Assembly (NCBI GenBank): GCA_963669175.1
Contig: OY769902.1
Span: forward strand, 1,728,001 to 1,792,000
DNA: 64,000 bases
From: a bacterium
GTDB lineage: Bacteria; Electryoneota; Electryoneia; Electryoneales; Electryoneaceae
Direction of reading: 5' to 3'
Shown here: piece by piece, positions 10,124 to 21,285 of the stretch
How the letters are laid out: each line of letters starts with the position of its first letter
How positions within the stretch are numbered: position 1 is the first letter of the stretch
Notes under the pieces: generated by a model
Told to the model about the DNA's origin: nothing
The model's input: only the letters and a program-made list of their open reading frames with translations
Database searches by the model: none
Program-made: the position numbers and the translations under genes

Positions 10124-12160
10124 ATGCCGCCATTTCAGCTTGTCAGCAAATTCGAGCCACGCGGGGACCAGCAGAAAGCGATCAAACAACTGGTCACCGG
10201 CTTCCAGAAAGGGCTTAACGCCCAGGTATTGCTGGGAATTACCGGCTCGGGGAAGACGTATACCGTCGCCAATGTAATCAAGCAACTCGGGCTTCCCACG
10301 CTGATCATGAGCCACAACAAGACCCTGGCCGCACAATTATATGGAGAATTCAAGCAGTTCTTCCCGGAAAACGCGGTCGAGTATTTCATCAGTTATTACG
10401 ATTATTACCAGCCGGAAGCGTATATACCTACCACCGACACCTACGTGGAGAAAGAGACCTCGGTAAACAATCAGATTGAACGCCTCCGTCTGCGCGCCAC
10501 CTCATCCCTGTTCGAACGTGATGATGTTGTTGTTGTTGCCAGTGTCTCCTCCATCTATGGTCTTGGTACGCCGCAGGACTATAAGAAGCTTGGCCTCTTC
10601 CTTGAACCGGGATTGCAAATAGAACGTGATAAAATTTTGCTCCGCCTGGTCGAAATTCAATACGAACGCACCAATGCGGATCTCGACTATGGAACATTCC
10701 GCGCTCGTGGAGATGTGGTTGAAATCCTGCCATCCTACGAGGAGGACGTTTTCCGGGTCGAAATGTGGGGCGATGAAGTGGAGAAAATCAGCCGGGTTCA
10801 CAAAGTAACCGGTGAAGTGAAAGCCCCGTTGAAAGGTGTGGTTATCTATCCGGACAGCCATTATGTGGCAACACGGGAACGGTTGGACAGGGCGATGGAA
10901 GCTATCCGTGAAGAGATGGAAATTCGCCTGGTTGAACTGAAAAAGCAGAACAAACTGGTTGAAGCACAACGTATTGAACAGCGTACCCGATTTGATCTGG
11001 AAATGCTGGCGGAAGTGGGGTATTGCAACGGTATCGAGAATTATTCACGTCACCTGATCGGGAGCAAACCGGGCGATCCGCCCAACACGCTGTTCGATTA
11101 TTTCCCCGAAGACTTCCTGGTCGTGGTTGATGAGTCACATGTCACCGTTCCCCAGATCGGTGGCATGTTCAACGGCGACCGTTCACGAAAAACCACCCTC
11201 GTGGAACATGGATTTCGCCTGCCCTCGGCGCTGGATAACCGTCCGCTGAAATTCCATGAATGGGAAGGTAAAGTTCCACGCATCCTCTTTGTCAGCGCCA
11301 CTCCGGCCAACTATGAACTGGAGAAGTCCAAGGGTGTGCTGGTCGAGCAGATTATTCGTCCCACCGGCTTGCTCGATCCGAAAATCGAGATCCGTCCAAC
11401 CAAGGACCAGGTTGACGATCTGCTGGAAGAGATCCGTGGGCAAGTTGGACGAGGGGAACGAGTGCTCGTAACCACCCTGACCAAGCGCATGGCCGAGAAC
11501 CTGTCGGATTACCTGAGGAAACTGGATATTCGTGTCCGTTATCTACACAGCGAAGTGGACAGCCTGGAACGTGTGCAGATTATCCGAGATCTGCGTCTGG
11601 GCAATTTCGATGTACTGGTGGGGATTAACCTGTTGCGTGAAGGTCTGGACCTGCCCGAAGTCAGCCTCGTTGCGATCCTTGATGCGGACAAGGAGGGGTT
11701 CCTGCGTAGCGAAACCAGCCTGATGCAGACTTCAGGACGCGCCGCGCGAAACGCCGCCGGACGTGTCATCTTCTACGCCGACAACATCACCAAGTCGATG
11801 AAAAAAGTGATTGACGAAGTGAACCGTCGCAGGAAAATCCAGCAGGAATACAATGAAGAGCACAATATTGAACCCAAGACCATCAAGAAGACCGTCGAAG
11901 AGATCATGGCTCAGACCAGCGCTGCCTCTGCTGCCATGCGCAAGGAAGATGTGCCGGATGAATTGTCACGTGTCAAACCGGCGGAGTTGACCCCGGACGA
12001 GAGAGAAGAACTGATCGCGCGACTGGAAGAACAGATGTTCCGTTACGCGGACGGCCTGGAGTTCGAGAAAGCGGCCCGGATTCGTGATGAGATCGAACGT
12101 ATCCGCAGTGGGGATGCCCCGGAAGAAACCCGCCTGAAAGCGCCACCGAAGAAGAAGTAG
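10124..12160 (+). CDS. uvrB: Excinuclease ABC subunit B
   Basis: [32 protein letters not shown] and a C-terminal UVR domain; ATG 10124 follows GAGG. Confidence 0.98.
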   Translation: MPPFQLVSKFEPRGDQQKAIKQLVTGFQKGLNAQVLLGITGSGKTYTVANVIKQLGLPTLIMSHNKTLAAQLYGEFKQFFPENAVEYFISYYDYYQPEAYIPTTDTYVEKETSVNNQIERLRLRATSSLFERDDVVVVASVSSIYGLGTPQDYKKLGLFLEPGLQIERDKILLRLVEIQYERTNADLDYGTFRARGDVVEILPSYEEDVFRVEMWGDEVEKISRVHKVTGEVKAPLKGVVIYPDSHYVATRERLDRAMEAIREEMEIRLVELKKQNKLVEAQRIEQRTRFDLEMLAEVGYCNGIENYSRHLIGSKPGDPPNTLFDYFPEDFLVVVDESHVTVPQIGGMFNGDRSRKTTLVEHGFRLPSALDNRPLKFHEWEGKVPRILFVSATPANYELEKSKGVLVEQIIRPTGLLDPKIEIRPTKDQVDDLLEEIRGQVGRGERVLVTTLTKRMAENLSDYLRKLDIRVRYLHSEVDSLERVQIIRDLRLGNFDVLVGINLLREGLDLPEVSLVAILDADKEGFLRSETSLMQTSGRAARNAAGRVIFYADNITKSMKKVIDEVNRRRKIQQEYNEEHNIEPKTIKKTVEEIMAQTSAASAAMRKEDVPDELSRVKPAELTPDEREELIARLEEQMFRYADGLEFEKAARIRDEIERIRSGDAPEETRLKAPPKKK

Positions 12161-12285
12161 AACTTGACTCACAGGATGATAGGATAGAAGAATGATACAA
12201 ATGTGAGATTTGAATAAAACAACTTTTGAACTTTCAAACTTTGCAACTTTCAAACTCCCAAGATATTGTGAGACAAAGCAGGCAC

Positions 12286-12506
12286 GAAAAGGGGACGGAA
12301 TCCTTTTTCCCGCGCATATACTGGCCACTCTCGTTACTGTTTCGGAAAAGGAAGCTGTACCCTTTTCGATGTGAGATAGCTGACTCACAGGAAATAATAT
12401 CGAGCGAATAGCCTGATCACCGGCAAAAGGGGACAGTCACCTTTTCGATTATCTGTATTATGATGTATCTCACCTCGCGTAACGAAAAGGAAACAGTCCC
12501 CTTTTG
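12286..12506 (-). repeat. Four-site AAGG-N9-CCTT cassette, diverged inverted copy A
   Basis: Sites begin at 12289, 12348, 12427 and 12487; they are reverse complements of the four sites in copies B-D, in the same order. Confidence 0.75.
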
Positions 12507-12804
12507 CTGCCCGGCCTCCCCGCAATATTTCATCTCCTCCCCAAATATAGTTGTCGAGGATCAAACGGGGATTTTAGGGTCTTTTGCGAGCGTTTCCGCT
12601 TACTAACTTCTGAAGGACTGATTCTCCCTGTAGAATAAACCCCGCCGGGCAGCCGCTTCCGTTTCGCTTCAGCGTGCTTCAAGCCGTCGGGGCCAAATGT
12701 TCCAGATCATCCAATTCCGTCGTGGAGACAATCTGCTGAAAATGGATGACTTTTCGGTTATCTTATTGACGGGTGCATGGGTACAACGGTCAACGGAGGT
12801 TCTG

Positions 12805-15072
12805 ATGCGCAGAGGCGCTTGGATTGTAATAATTACTGGAATCAGCATTTTGTTGACGGCAGTGTTCGTGTTCGGTTCCAGCAGTGAACGTAGTACAACA
12901 GGAACTCTTCCCGAGGCTCCGCAGGGAGTTGAACGCATCGAAAAAGCCCACCTGGTAACGGATCAGCTTGAATTGCAGCAGCCACAACCGGAGCGTGCGA
13001 GCCTTTCAGAACTGGACGACTGGGTTCTTATCGAAGAGGAAACCCGAAGTCTTTCCATTCCCCCGCAAGGTTGGATGGCGATCAAGTACGACCTGCCTGC
13101 ACGCAACATGTCCATCATCAGGCCTGAGGACAGTTTCACCGATATGACCTGGGAAGCAATAAATCGTTGCCCCGGGTGGATTCGCAATGACCTGATCGAC
13201 AACATGCGTCTATTCGGTGAACTGACCTTCTTGCCGGATATCTGGGCGGAAGCGATCCTGAATTGTGAAGACCCGTATGTTGATGAACTTTGCTATTTCT
13301 TCGCCCATATCTCGTCGCAATTGTATACCACCGGCTTGATCAGTTGGGATATGGACCTGATCATGGAGAATATTGAAGGTGTCTACGCCGCGGACAGCTT
13401 GCTGGATTATGTCACGATCAACGATTACGGCACATCGCAGGATGAGGACTATTATTCAACCGTTGAATACCGCATGGGAACCTGGGGTGATTCGGTGACA
13501 TGTGATACGACCACCATCGAAATTGATCGTGATATCTACTACATGTACATCGTCCACCCGCGCCTGACAGATGAATCGCCAAAGTATATCAACCCCGCGA
13601 ATGGCAATAATTCGGTGCCGCCGGATGGAAGATTCTGGCGGGACTATTTACTGTATGAACCTGATTCGGGCTATGTTTCTCTCGCTGACCAGTTGGCAGA
13701 TTGCGGAATCATGTACGGCAACAAGACCAACAACAACACGTCAGACAATGGCGCAATCGGCCTGATTACCCGTTGGATCCAGGATATCATGGACTTCGGC
13801 AGCGGCAACGAGCGTCCTATTCAGCCGGTCCGCATCTATAACCTCCATTTGGGGCGTTGTGGAGAGCACCAGGATATCACCGCTGCCGCCGCGCGCGCTG
13901 CATTGATTCCCTGTCTTGGCACGACTTCCATCACCGAGGACCATGTCTGGGATGAATTCTACGATGGCGAGAACTGGATCGCCTGGGAGCCGGTGAACAA
14001 TTATATCAACTCGCCGTTAGCCTATCAGGGCTGGGGCAAACAATTCCCGGCGCTTCTGGACTGGCGCAGTGACGGCTGGGTGTGGACGGTAACAGACCGT
14101 TACCACAGCGAAACAGCATGGCTGGATGTCTATGTGGAGGATGCGGACGGCAGTCCGATGGACGGCGCCCGGGTCAAGATCATGGGCGAGTACCTGTATG
14201 GCGGCTTCCAGGTAGGATCCTGCGCGTGGACCAACTCGGACGGCTGGTGCGGGTTCCCGGTCGGGCTGGAGAAGAACATCTACCTGTCCATCACCTCTGA
14301 AGTCGGCAGTACAGGAAATGTGCTGGCGCTTTCTGCCGATGACAGCGAAGCCGGCCAGACCTATTCCTATACCGAGACCTTCGGCGACGTTACAGAAGGG
14401 TATTACCCTACATATGTTGACGAGCCGGGGCCGGGACTGGATATGTTCAATCTCGTAGCAGACATCGCACTGACCGACGAGAAAGCGTACGGTCAACTCT
14501 TTACCAATGCGGATTTTATTGCCAGTGTGGGGAATGATGCCGACATCTCGCACCGTCTGGAAACCTTCGTCTGCACCGAAGAATCCTATGCCCTGTTTAC
14601 GCAGGGGGAGCCATTCACTGCCTATATGTATCCGGTCAACGATGATAGCGGGCAAACCGCCAACGTGACCATGAACGTCCCGGAAGAACAGGTGTACTAT
14701 GTGGTTATCGCCAACATGAACAGTTGGCGAACTTATCAGCGCCTGGATGTAACCGCACAGTTTTACGCGGATGAATCGGTTGATGTTGCGGACAACACAA
14801 CACAGCCGGAAGCGTTTGTCCTGGGCGATGTGTACCCGAACCCGTTCAACTCCTGCGCGAATATCCGGTTTAATCTCACTGCACCGCAGACAGTCAAGGC
14901 CACTGTTTATAACGTGCAGGGCCGTATGGTGGAACAGGTCAACCTCGGCAGCATGAATACCGGTGAACATCGTGTCGCCCTGGATCTGGCCGGACATGGC
15001 AGCGGTACTTATTTCGTACGAGTGCAGGCAGGCAAGCATGAAGCGGTTCGGAGACTGATGCTGGTGAAGTAA
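12805..15072 (+). CDS. Secreted transglutaminase/PNGase-like protein with T9SS type A sorting tail
   Basis: N-terminal hydrophobic segment; GRCGEH...DHVWDEFY...WIAWEP core; C-terminal YPNPFN...YNVQGR...SGTYFVRV...LMLVK. Confidence 0.8.
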   Translation: MRRGAWIVIITGISILLTAVFVFGSSSERSTTGTLPEAPQGVERIEKAHLVTDQLELQQPQPERASLSELDDWVLIEEETRSLSIPPQGWMAIKYDLPARNMSIIRPEDSFTDMTWEAINRCPGWIRNDLIDNMRLFGELTFLPDIWAEAILNCEDPYVDELCYFFAHISSQLYTTGLISWDMDLIMENIEGVYAADSLLDYVTINDYGTSQDEDYYSTVEYRMGTWGDSVTCDTTTIEIDRDIYYMYIVHPRLTDESPKYINPANGNNSVPPDGRFWRDYLLYEPDSGYVSLADQLADCGIMYGNKTNNNTSDNGAIGLITRWIQDIMDFGSGNERPIQPVRIYNLHLGRCGEHQDITAAAARAALIPCLGTTSITEDHVWDEFYDGENWIAWEPVNNYINSPLAYQGWGKQFPALLDWRSDGWVWTVTDRYHSETAWLDVYVEDADGSPMDGARVKIMGEYLYGGFQVGSCAWTNSDGWCGFPVGLEKNIYLSITSEVGSTGNVLALSADDSEAGQTYSYTETFGDVTEGYYPTYVDEPGPGLDMFNLVADIALTDEKAYGQLFTNADFIASVGNDADISHRLETFVCTEESYALFTQGEPFTAYMYPVNDDSGQTANVTMNVPEEQVYYVVIANMNSWRTYQRLDVTAQFYADESVDVADNTTQPEAFVLGDVYPNPFNSCANIRFNLTAPQTVKATVYNVQGRMVEQVNLGSMNTGEHRVALDLAGHGSGTYFVRVQAGKHEAVRRLMLVK

Positions 15073-15096
15073 GTCGCCTCAGACTCTTTCAGATAT

Positions 15097-15130
15097 AACA
15101 ACACCGGGACTTCTATCCCGGTGTTGTTTT
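15097..15130. terminator. Bidirectional intrinsic terminator
   Basis: aacaacaccggga/tcccggtgttgtt stem between convergent genes. Confidence 0.75.
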
Positions 15131-15168
15131 GTATGAAAGGTTTGTGGAAAAAAGCATTCAAACCATGT

Positions 15169-16146
15169 CTACGAATAATACATCTGTTTCACCTTGGAAA
15201 GTGTATCATAACCATATGCCACATGGTAGAAATGACCTTCTTTGGGAATCACATGAAAGGCGACATCTTTCAGTTTGGTCTCATAGTATTTTGCGAATAC
15301 CATGGGGACAAACAGATCATCCTCACCCTGAAAAACATCAATATGGGCGGTAATATCTTCAACATTAAAATCCCAGGTCTGCACAATGCGCTGGGCATCG
15401 TAGGACGGTCCCTTGGTGCCATGTTTGAAGGATTCCTGCATATCACGCATGAACATGTACTGGAAATCCTCATGGGCAAACAACCTGTTGTCCGCCTCAC
15501 ATAAGCTGCCGGAAAACATCTTGGTGAAAGTCTTTGGGCTCTTCAGAAGCTTTTGTGATAATCCAACAAAACTGTACATGACTTCGAATTCCCATAACGG
15601 CATATGGTTGGCCAGCTTGGCATAAATCCTGTCGGTGAAGCCGATCTGTTTCTGCATTACCGGATCGCCATAAAGCGGTGATGCGCAGGCCAATGCGCAG
15701 ACACAAGTCAGCCGCTGGGGCATATGCCGTGCGGAAGCCATCAGGGTAGGACCGCCGCCGGAAATACCCATGATTGCAAACTTGTCCAACTTCAAATGAT
15801 CGGCCAGTTCTTCCATGTAGCCGGCATAGCTCATATGCGTCCATTTGGTAAAACTGGAATCGGATATACCCGGGCGTGTAGGAACAATGATGCGAAATCC
15901 AAGATCCTGTCCCGGCTTATGCAACAGCATGGGGTGGATATGCGCGCCAGTGCCATGGTAGAAAAGTATGGGGTGACCTTTGGGATCACCGTATTCATGC
16001 ACCCCCAGTTTTACGTTGTCACTCGTTGTAAAATAGAACATTTGCTCATGCAGCTGATCAACTTCTTCTCTGGTCAGAACGGTAAATGTTTTTGTGATAT
16101 CATCCGGTTTTTCGCCACTGTTGGATGCTACGGTATCCTTTTGCAT
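15169..16146 (-). CDS. Alpha/beta hydrolase
   Basis: FYHG, nucleophile elbow GISGGG, QGEDDLFVP, EGH. Confidence 0.88.
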   Translation of the reverse strand: MQKDTVASNSGEKPDDITKTFTVLTREEVDQLHEQMFYFTTSDNVKLGVHEYGDPKGHPILFYHGTGAHIHPMLLHKPGQDLGFRIIVPTRPGISDSSFTKWTHMSYAGYMEELADHLKLDKFAIMGISGGGPTLMASARHMPQRLTCVCALACASPLYGDPVMQKQIGFTDRIYAKLANHMPLWEFEVMYSFVGLSQKLLKSPKTFTKMFSGSLCEADNRLFAHEDFQYMFMRDMQESFKHGTKGPSYDAQRIVQTWDFNVEDITAHIDVFQGEDDLFVPMVFAKYYETKLKDVAFHVIPKEGHFYHVAYGYDTLSKVKQMYYS

Positions 16147-16253
16147 GCCACATTTCCCCTTGTATATCAACGAAAAAATCACGATGAAGACCAATAACTT
16201 GAGCAAGATATAAAGTCGAGTGTTGAAAGGCTACGTGGGAGCGTGGAAAAATC

Positions 16254-16288
16254 AAAAAACCCGTTCAGCGACTGCTCGCTGAACGGGT
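16254..16288 (-). terminator. Intrinsic terminator of the 16331-21120 operon
   Basis: acccgttcagcga/tcgctgaacgggt stem followed by a T run on the minus strand. Confidence 0.8.
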
Positions 16289-16330
16289 ATGAAGTTTCTT
16301 CAACAAAAGCTGGAGGAAGAACCTGCGAAG

Positions 16331-19027
16331 CTAGAACTTGTACGTATACATCACCGAGAAGATGTAGTCATTGCGCTTATAATACGTGGGCTGAGGGATG
16401 GAATAACCACCATTGATAACGGTTTCTTCCGTCATGTCAAACTTCTGACCGTTCCAGTATTCCCACTGACCATTTTCGGAGATGCTGGTAACACTCAAGT
16501 AGCCGGTAATAATATGGTTGGGATAAAATTCATAGTCGACACCGGCTGCAAAATCAATCTGCATCATATCCACAATCTGGTATTTGATCGTGCCAGCCCT
16601 CAGCGCGGCAGCTTCCAGTGGATCCGTCGTTGTAAGGCCTGGATCTGTTTGGTTGATCAGGCTTTCACCACTGCCAATCAGTAAACGCGGACTGAAATAT
16701 GGGACCAGTTTGCGGTTCAAGAACAAGAACTCAATCCTCGGCGAGAAAGTGAAGTAGTTGATGTCAGTCTCGCCGTTGCTTGCGGTCTGTTTGGCATTGG
16801 AAATCGCCAGTATAGTACGATATGGTCCGGGATACTCTGTTCCAACCTGGAATGCAAGAACAAACTGGTCGGCATCACTATCCGCCTGGTACTCATTGCT
16901 GCGATTGGACGTTATCACGTTCAGTGAAAGCTGATGGTCAAGGTTACCGGTCTGGAGCCTGTAGGCGGCGCCAACATTGATCAGATTGTTGGTCAACGAT
17001 TGACGTGTGTCAATAATCGTCGCGGAATCAATCGGCGCATTATCGTAGGGGAAAATGGCCGTTGAATCACCATCATTTTCAAAAAGCTGGTGCCGGTAGG
17101 TCACGTTGAAATCGGGATACCGTGGATCGGTGTACAAATTCACCCCTACCATGATCTCGTTGCGATCAAGCGTCAAATCACTCTTGTCGTTCACATTGTT
17201 CTGGTAGTGAGAATACCCAAGGTTCAGGTACAACTTGCTGTTGAGCATGCGAATCCGGTCACGGACGTAATATCCTGCTTCGTCGTTGTACATGGAAGGA
17301 TTACCCAGCGTAATGTAGCTGGTGTTAATCTTCCTGTAGCCGATGCGCAAGTCGTTGAACAGGTAGCGTAGTCTCAGCTTGGTGTCGTAGGAAAGAGAAT
17401 TGGCTATGATGGACTTGGCAACGTCTTCAGCCTTGATCGTCGAACCTGTGCTGTCCTCAGACAGCCCATCGTCCGGCAAAGGCTGGAAATACGAGTTGAT
17501 CCAGATGATGTTTTTGTAGTTTTTCAATTCACTGAAGGCTTCTTCATACGTATTGTCGTTGTAAAGCGACATCGCAACGCTGGTTGACCATACGATTCGG
17601 CGCCGGTCAAAATTCATATCCAGGTTCAAACCTGACACCACGTTGTCTTTTGGCGTTGCGCCCGTATAGGTCGTGCGGGCGTATAAACTATCAAGATTTG
17701 TTATATAGGCCAGATCACCAGCATCCGGAAGTCGATCCAGGTATACAGAGTTCCGAACGTCTACCACTTTCATTGCAGTATAGCCGAAATCGACACGGTC
17801 CTTGAATCCCAGGTTACTCGAGATTTTCACTGCGGACAGCATACGTCGGAATGTGCCGGTGTTATTAATGGTTCTTTGCACATTATAGGACGTGTCCGGG
17901 ACCACATTGGAGCTGTCAATACTCATGGTCACCGTGCGCTGCTGATAACTGAGGCCGCTAACGTGGCGGTACATCTCGCCATAAACAGCATATACATTTA
18001 TCGGGCCTGGTTTAATGGCCAGCTCGATACCGCGCACCCGGCTGCCATAAAGAACCAGTTCATTGTACTTGGGGTTCACATCACCGACACGCAGCCGCCA
18101 CCATGGCATACCCATGGAGAACAGGAAACGATGTTGCGGCTGGAGGGAAGAATGTTCCTTGCTGGTAAAACGACCCCGCGCAACAGCGTTGAATTTTCCG
18201 GCTTTGAAGGTGATGGAGAAGGCTTCATTGCCGTAACTTAATCCTTGTTCCGAATATTGGCTTGCCACACCTTCACCGCTGACAAAACCGGTGACATATT
18301 TTCTGTACCCGGCCCGGCTTTCACGTTCCGCTGGCGATACCATGTTAAAGAACCAGGTGCTTAACACCTCCCGACCAGAATCTGTCTGGTGGAACAGGTC
18401 AATCCTGTGTCTGCCGGGTGTCATATCACTAATGACAGCAGTAAGCACTTCAGCGCTGATCATGGCTTCACCGGTTCTATCCTTACCGTCTACGTGAAGA
18501 ACGATCCGCTGCGGGTCGATTTGTCCGAGAGCGTTGTTAAAAGCCAGGGCGACCAGGACTTCACTTCCCATGATGGACTTGCCCTGTTCCGGACTGATGA
18601 TCAGGATCTGGGTGTTGGTGACTTCGTCGCCGGTTCCCTGGATGGATACCAGAACCGGGTTTACATCACCATTGTCCGGGTACGTAATCGTTGTCCCGTC
18701 ATTGAATTCCATGGCGATGTAGTATTCCATCCCCACAGAAACAACTTCTCTACCGGGAATTGCCGCGGAGTAGGTATTCCCCGCAAGGTCCATCTCCACG
18801 TAATCGTACGATTCTTGGTCAACATTTCGGTACCACAGGTAGGCTAGCGATACCTGGTTGACATCGTAATCACCGGCCACACGGGCTTCGACATTAATGG
18901 GACGTCCCATTTCGCCGAATGTAACGGGTGAATGTTCAATGTAAACAACAGCGTTTGTGCCGGCTAATGCCATAAATGGCAGACCAATCACGCAGGCAAC
19001 AAGAAAAACACGGAGAGCATACTTCAT
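16331..19027 (-). CDS. Large exported protein: N-terminal Ig-like domains plus probable outer-membrane beta-barrel
   Basis: Signal peptide (ALA); beta-rich N-terminus; amphipathic strands and terminal YTYKF. Confidence 0.65.
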   Translation of the reverse strand: MKYALRVFLVACVIGLPFMALAGTNAVVYIEHSPVTFGEMGRPINVEARVAGDYDVNQVSLAYLWYRNVDQESYDYVEMDLAGNTYSAAIPGREVVSVGMEYYIAMEFNDGTTITYPDNGDVNPVLVSIQGTGDEVTNTQILIISPEQGKSIMGSEVLVALAFNNALGQIDPQRIVLHVDGKDRTGEAMISAEVLTAVISDMTPGRHRIDLFHQTDSGREVLSTWFFNMVSPAERESRAGYRKYVTGFVSGEGVASQYSEQGLSYGNEAFSITFKAGKFNAVARGRFTSKEHSSLQPQHRFLFSMGMPWWRLRVGDVNPKYNELVLYGSRVRGIELAIKPGPINVYAVYGEMYRHVSGLSYQQRTVTMSIDSSNVVPDTSYNVQRTINNTGTFRRMLSAVKISSNLGFKDRVDFGYTAMKVVDVRNSVYLDRLPDAGDLAYITNLDSLYARTTYTGATPKDNVVSGLNLDMNFDRRRIVWSTSVAMSLYNDNTYEEAFSELKNYKNIIWINSYFQPLPDDGLSEDSTGSTIKAEDVAKSIIANSLSYDTKLRLRYLFNDLRIGYRKINTSYITLGNPSMYNDEAGYYVRDRIRMLNSKLYLNLGYSHYQNNVNDKSDLTLDRNEIMVGVNLYTDPRYPDFNVTYRHQLFENDGDSTAIFPYDNAPIDSATIIDTRQSLTNNLINVGAAYRLQTGNLDHQLSLNVITSNRSNEYQADSDADQFVLAFQVGTEYPGPYRTILAISNAKQTASNGETDINYFTFSPRIEFLFLNRKLVPYFSPRLLIGSGESLINQTDPGLTTTDPLEAAALRAGTIKYQIVDMMQIDFAAGVDYEFYPNHIITGYLSVTSISENGQWEYWNGQKFDMTEETVINGGYSIPQPTYYKRNDYIFSVMYTYKF

Positions 19028-19203
19028 GCGGCGCCCCTGGTATAGTTCGTGGTTCCTTCCGGTCCCTCCCTCAGAATTCAAATGTAGAGTGTTGGCAGAA
19101 GCAACCTCAACATTATCAGGAGACCCCGAACAGAAAATACAGCCCGCCGGCCTTGCCGGCGGGCTACAGGAAGTCCGTAAAACTCAACTTGGTTTACAAC
19201 TGA

Positions 19204-19899
19204 TCAATCGGTCTGTTGGTATTGAATGATCAACGTCTTACGTTGCCCATTCTCGTCCTGAAGTTCGATTTCAATGTAGTCCGTCGAACCCTCATCGTTT
19301 ACCTCGGGCACGGAGCCCTGATCGGCGCCTCCGGTTTCCATGTTGCCGTCCGGATCGACGGTTCCCATGAAACCAGGTCCGATTTCCGACTCCTGACCTG
19401 TCTGAATATTCAGCAGGCTTACGAGACCTTCCAGGGTGATCTGGAGAGTGGTGCCATCCGGTTCAACGATGACCCAGAACTGGGTGCCTTTGACCGACGC
19501 GACTGCGGTCGGGGTAGCCACTTCCATGGCGCCCTTCTGCTGGGCCACGTTTGCAAACAACTCACCCACTTCCATGTTGACACGTTTCGAAAGCGAATAG
19601 TCATCGTTACGTGTCGCAGTTACTGTAATTTCAGTATTGGGTCGAATTTTTATCTGGGTTTTGTCATCAGTAAATACCATGGATACGAAGCCGTCCGCAC
19701 CGGTCCGCACCATGTGACCGTCGTCAAGGACTTCGCCGAAATTCAGCTTGGTCCAACCCTGACCACGGTTTACTTCAGTTTTGCCTTGAACGACGGTAAC
19801 TACTGCAATCGCCTTGGCGCCATCCGCCATCGCACATACCGCAAGCAGGAATACCAGCAGAATGGCGAACGCTGCGGTTCCGAATCTATGCGTTCTCAT
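19204..19899 (-). CDS. Exported FecR-domain protein
   Basis: Signal peptide (AMA); VRTGADG and VATPTAVASVKGTQF FecR motifs. Confidence 0.85.
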   Translation of the reverse strand: MRTHRFGTAAFAILLVFLLAVCAMADGAKAIAVVTVVQGKTEVNRGQGWTKLNFGEVLDDGHMVRTGADGFVSMVFTDDKTQIKIRPNTEITVTATRNDDYSLSKRVNMEVGELFANVAQQKGAMEVATPTAVASVKGTQFWVIVEPDGTTLQITLEGLVSLLNIQTGQESEIGPGFMGTVDPDGNMETGGADQGSVPEVNDEGSTDYIEIELQDENGQRKTLIIQYQQTD

Positions 19900-19920
19900 G
19901 GTTCTTTCTCCTGTTTGCGC

Positions 19921-21120
19921 CTATTCCGCAATGATTACGTTTTCAACATCAAAACCTGCGCCGAGCATCAGGTTTGTCAGTTCTGAGATTGAACGTCCGC
20001 TGACCCCGCCGAAAGAGATGGTGGAAGGGGAATAGCCGGACAATTGGTTTACGATATACGCGTACTGTTCCGGTGAAAGTTTGTTGCTCAGAATATCCAG
20101 CAACTGATTCATCATCGGATCCATGCCAGGCTCATTGCCTGCTGCACGATGACCACTACCACCCATACCAACAAAGGTAAACTCGCCTGGAGCGCTTCGG
20201 AACGTACGGAAGCCGCCGGGGATAACAGTCGGCGCCTGCATTTCAACCATCCAGGCATACCGTCTTCCCCTGATCAGCGGACTTTCACCCATTCCCGTAC
20301 CGAGGAAGAAATGGTGATCGTACGTTTGAGGATGACCGGCAAACTTGGTCTGGCTGGCATCCTGTGAACGCTGCAAAATGACATCCATCGGGTCCATATT
20401 TTCCTGGCCGGGCTGGAACTCGACGATGTACAGCATAACCTGGTCCGGGGATACCGGTGCGCCGGTCCAGGTCCAGTTGAACTCCACAGTCGGTGATGTG
20501 ATATCATCGTACGGCACGGGGTTCATGGGGATGGGGCGCGAAGGATTGTATACCTGGATCGTTGCCAGGTAATGACCATCCGGCGAGACCATGCCATTGA
20601 AATCACCAGGACGAAGTTCCACACCCAGCATATACACCGATGCCGCCAGGTTCAGACCATCAATAAGGTCTGCAAACTCAGCCGGGGATGCGGTCTGGCT
20701 GTGATCACCGTCCCTGCGCATAAAGGCAAGGTCGTTGCTCCACTGGTTGTTGTACAACCTGCCACCGGGTACGTTATCTGCCCACTGGCCAAGTGCAAAC
20801 GGACGGCTGGCATACTCAATGATTCTTCCGTGTCCGGCTACTTCAAGGTATACGTAGAGCACATAATCGTCATCGCGTTCTGCATCAGTGATTCCTGAGA
20901 TCTGGATATACATGATCGGTGGAATATCACCGAAATCCCAGTCTTCACCCTGCTCCAAAGCGTTCACATCAACAACGTCCCCAATCGGAAATATCTGGGG
21001 CGTTATGCCGTATTGAGCCTGCTGTGTGAAGCCGCTGGAGACGTAGAAGGCGTTTGCCTGTAACGGCAGGATCAACAAACCCGCCAGCACAAACAACCCA
21101 CACAACTCTCTCCACTTCAT
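19921..21120 (-). CDS. Exported hypothetical protein (beta-sandwich-like)
   Basis: GGAGG RBS, signal peptide (ANA), 399 aa; first gene of the operon. Confidence 0.7.
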   Translation of the reverse strand: MKWRELCGLFVLAGLLILPLQANAFYVSSGFTQQAQYGITPQIFPIGDVVDVNALEQGEDWDFGDIPPIMYIQISGITDAERDDDYVLYVYLEVAGHGRIIEYASRPFALGQWADNVPGGRLYNNQWSNDLAFMRRDGDHSQTASPAEFADLIDGLNLAASVYMLGVELRPGDFNGMVSPDGHYLATIQVYNPSRPIPMNPVPYDDITSPTVEFNWTWTGAPVSPDQVMLYIVEFQPGQENMDPMDVILQRSQDASQTKFAGHPQTYDHHFFLGTGMGESPLIRGRRYAWMVEMQAPTVIPGGFRTFRSAPGEFTFVGMGGSGHRAAGNEPGMDPMMNQLLDILSNKLSPEQYAYIVNQLSGYSPSTISFGGVSGRSISELTNLMLGAGFDVENVIIAE

Positions 21121-21285
21121 GGTGGACCTCCTGTAAACTGTTTCAAGCCAATGGTTCGCACCACGGGCAGAGCTTTTCGATGACACTATCCCTCATCTAA
21201 TAAACTACGAACGAACCATGTGGGAATTGTGCCCAGTATCACTCTTTTTTTAAAAAGAGAAACCTGAATGGAGTCTCAAAGAGTA

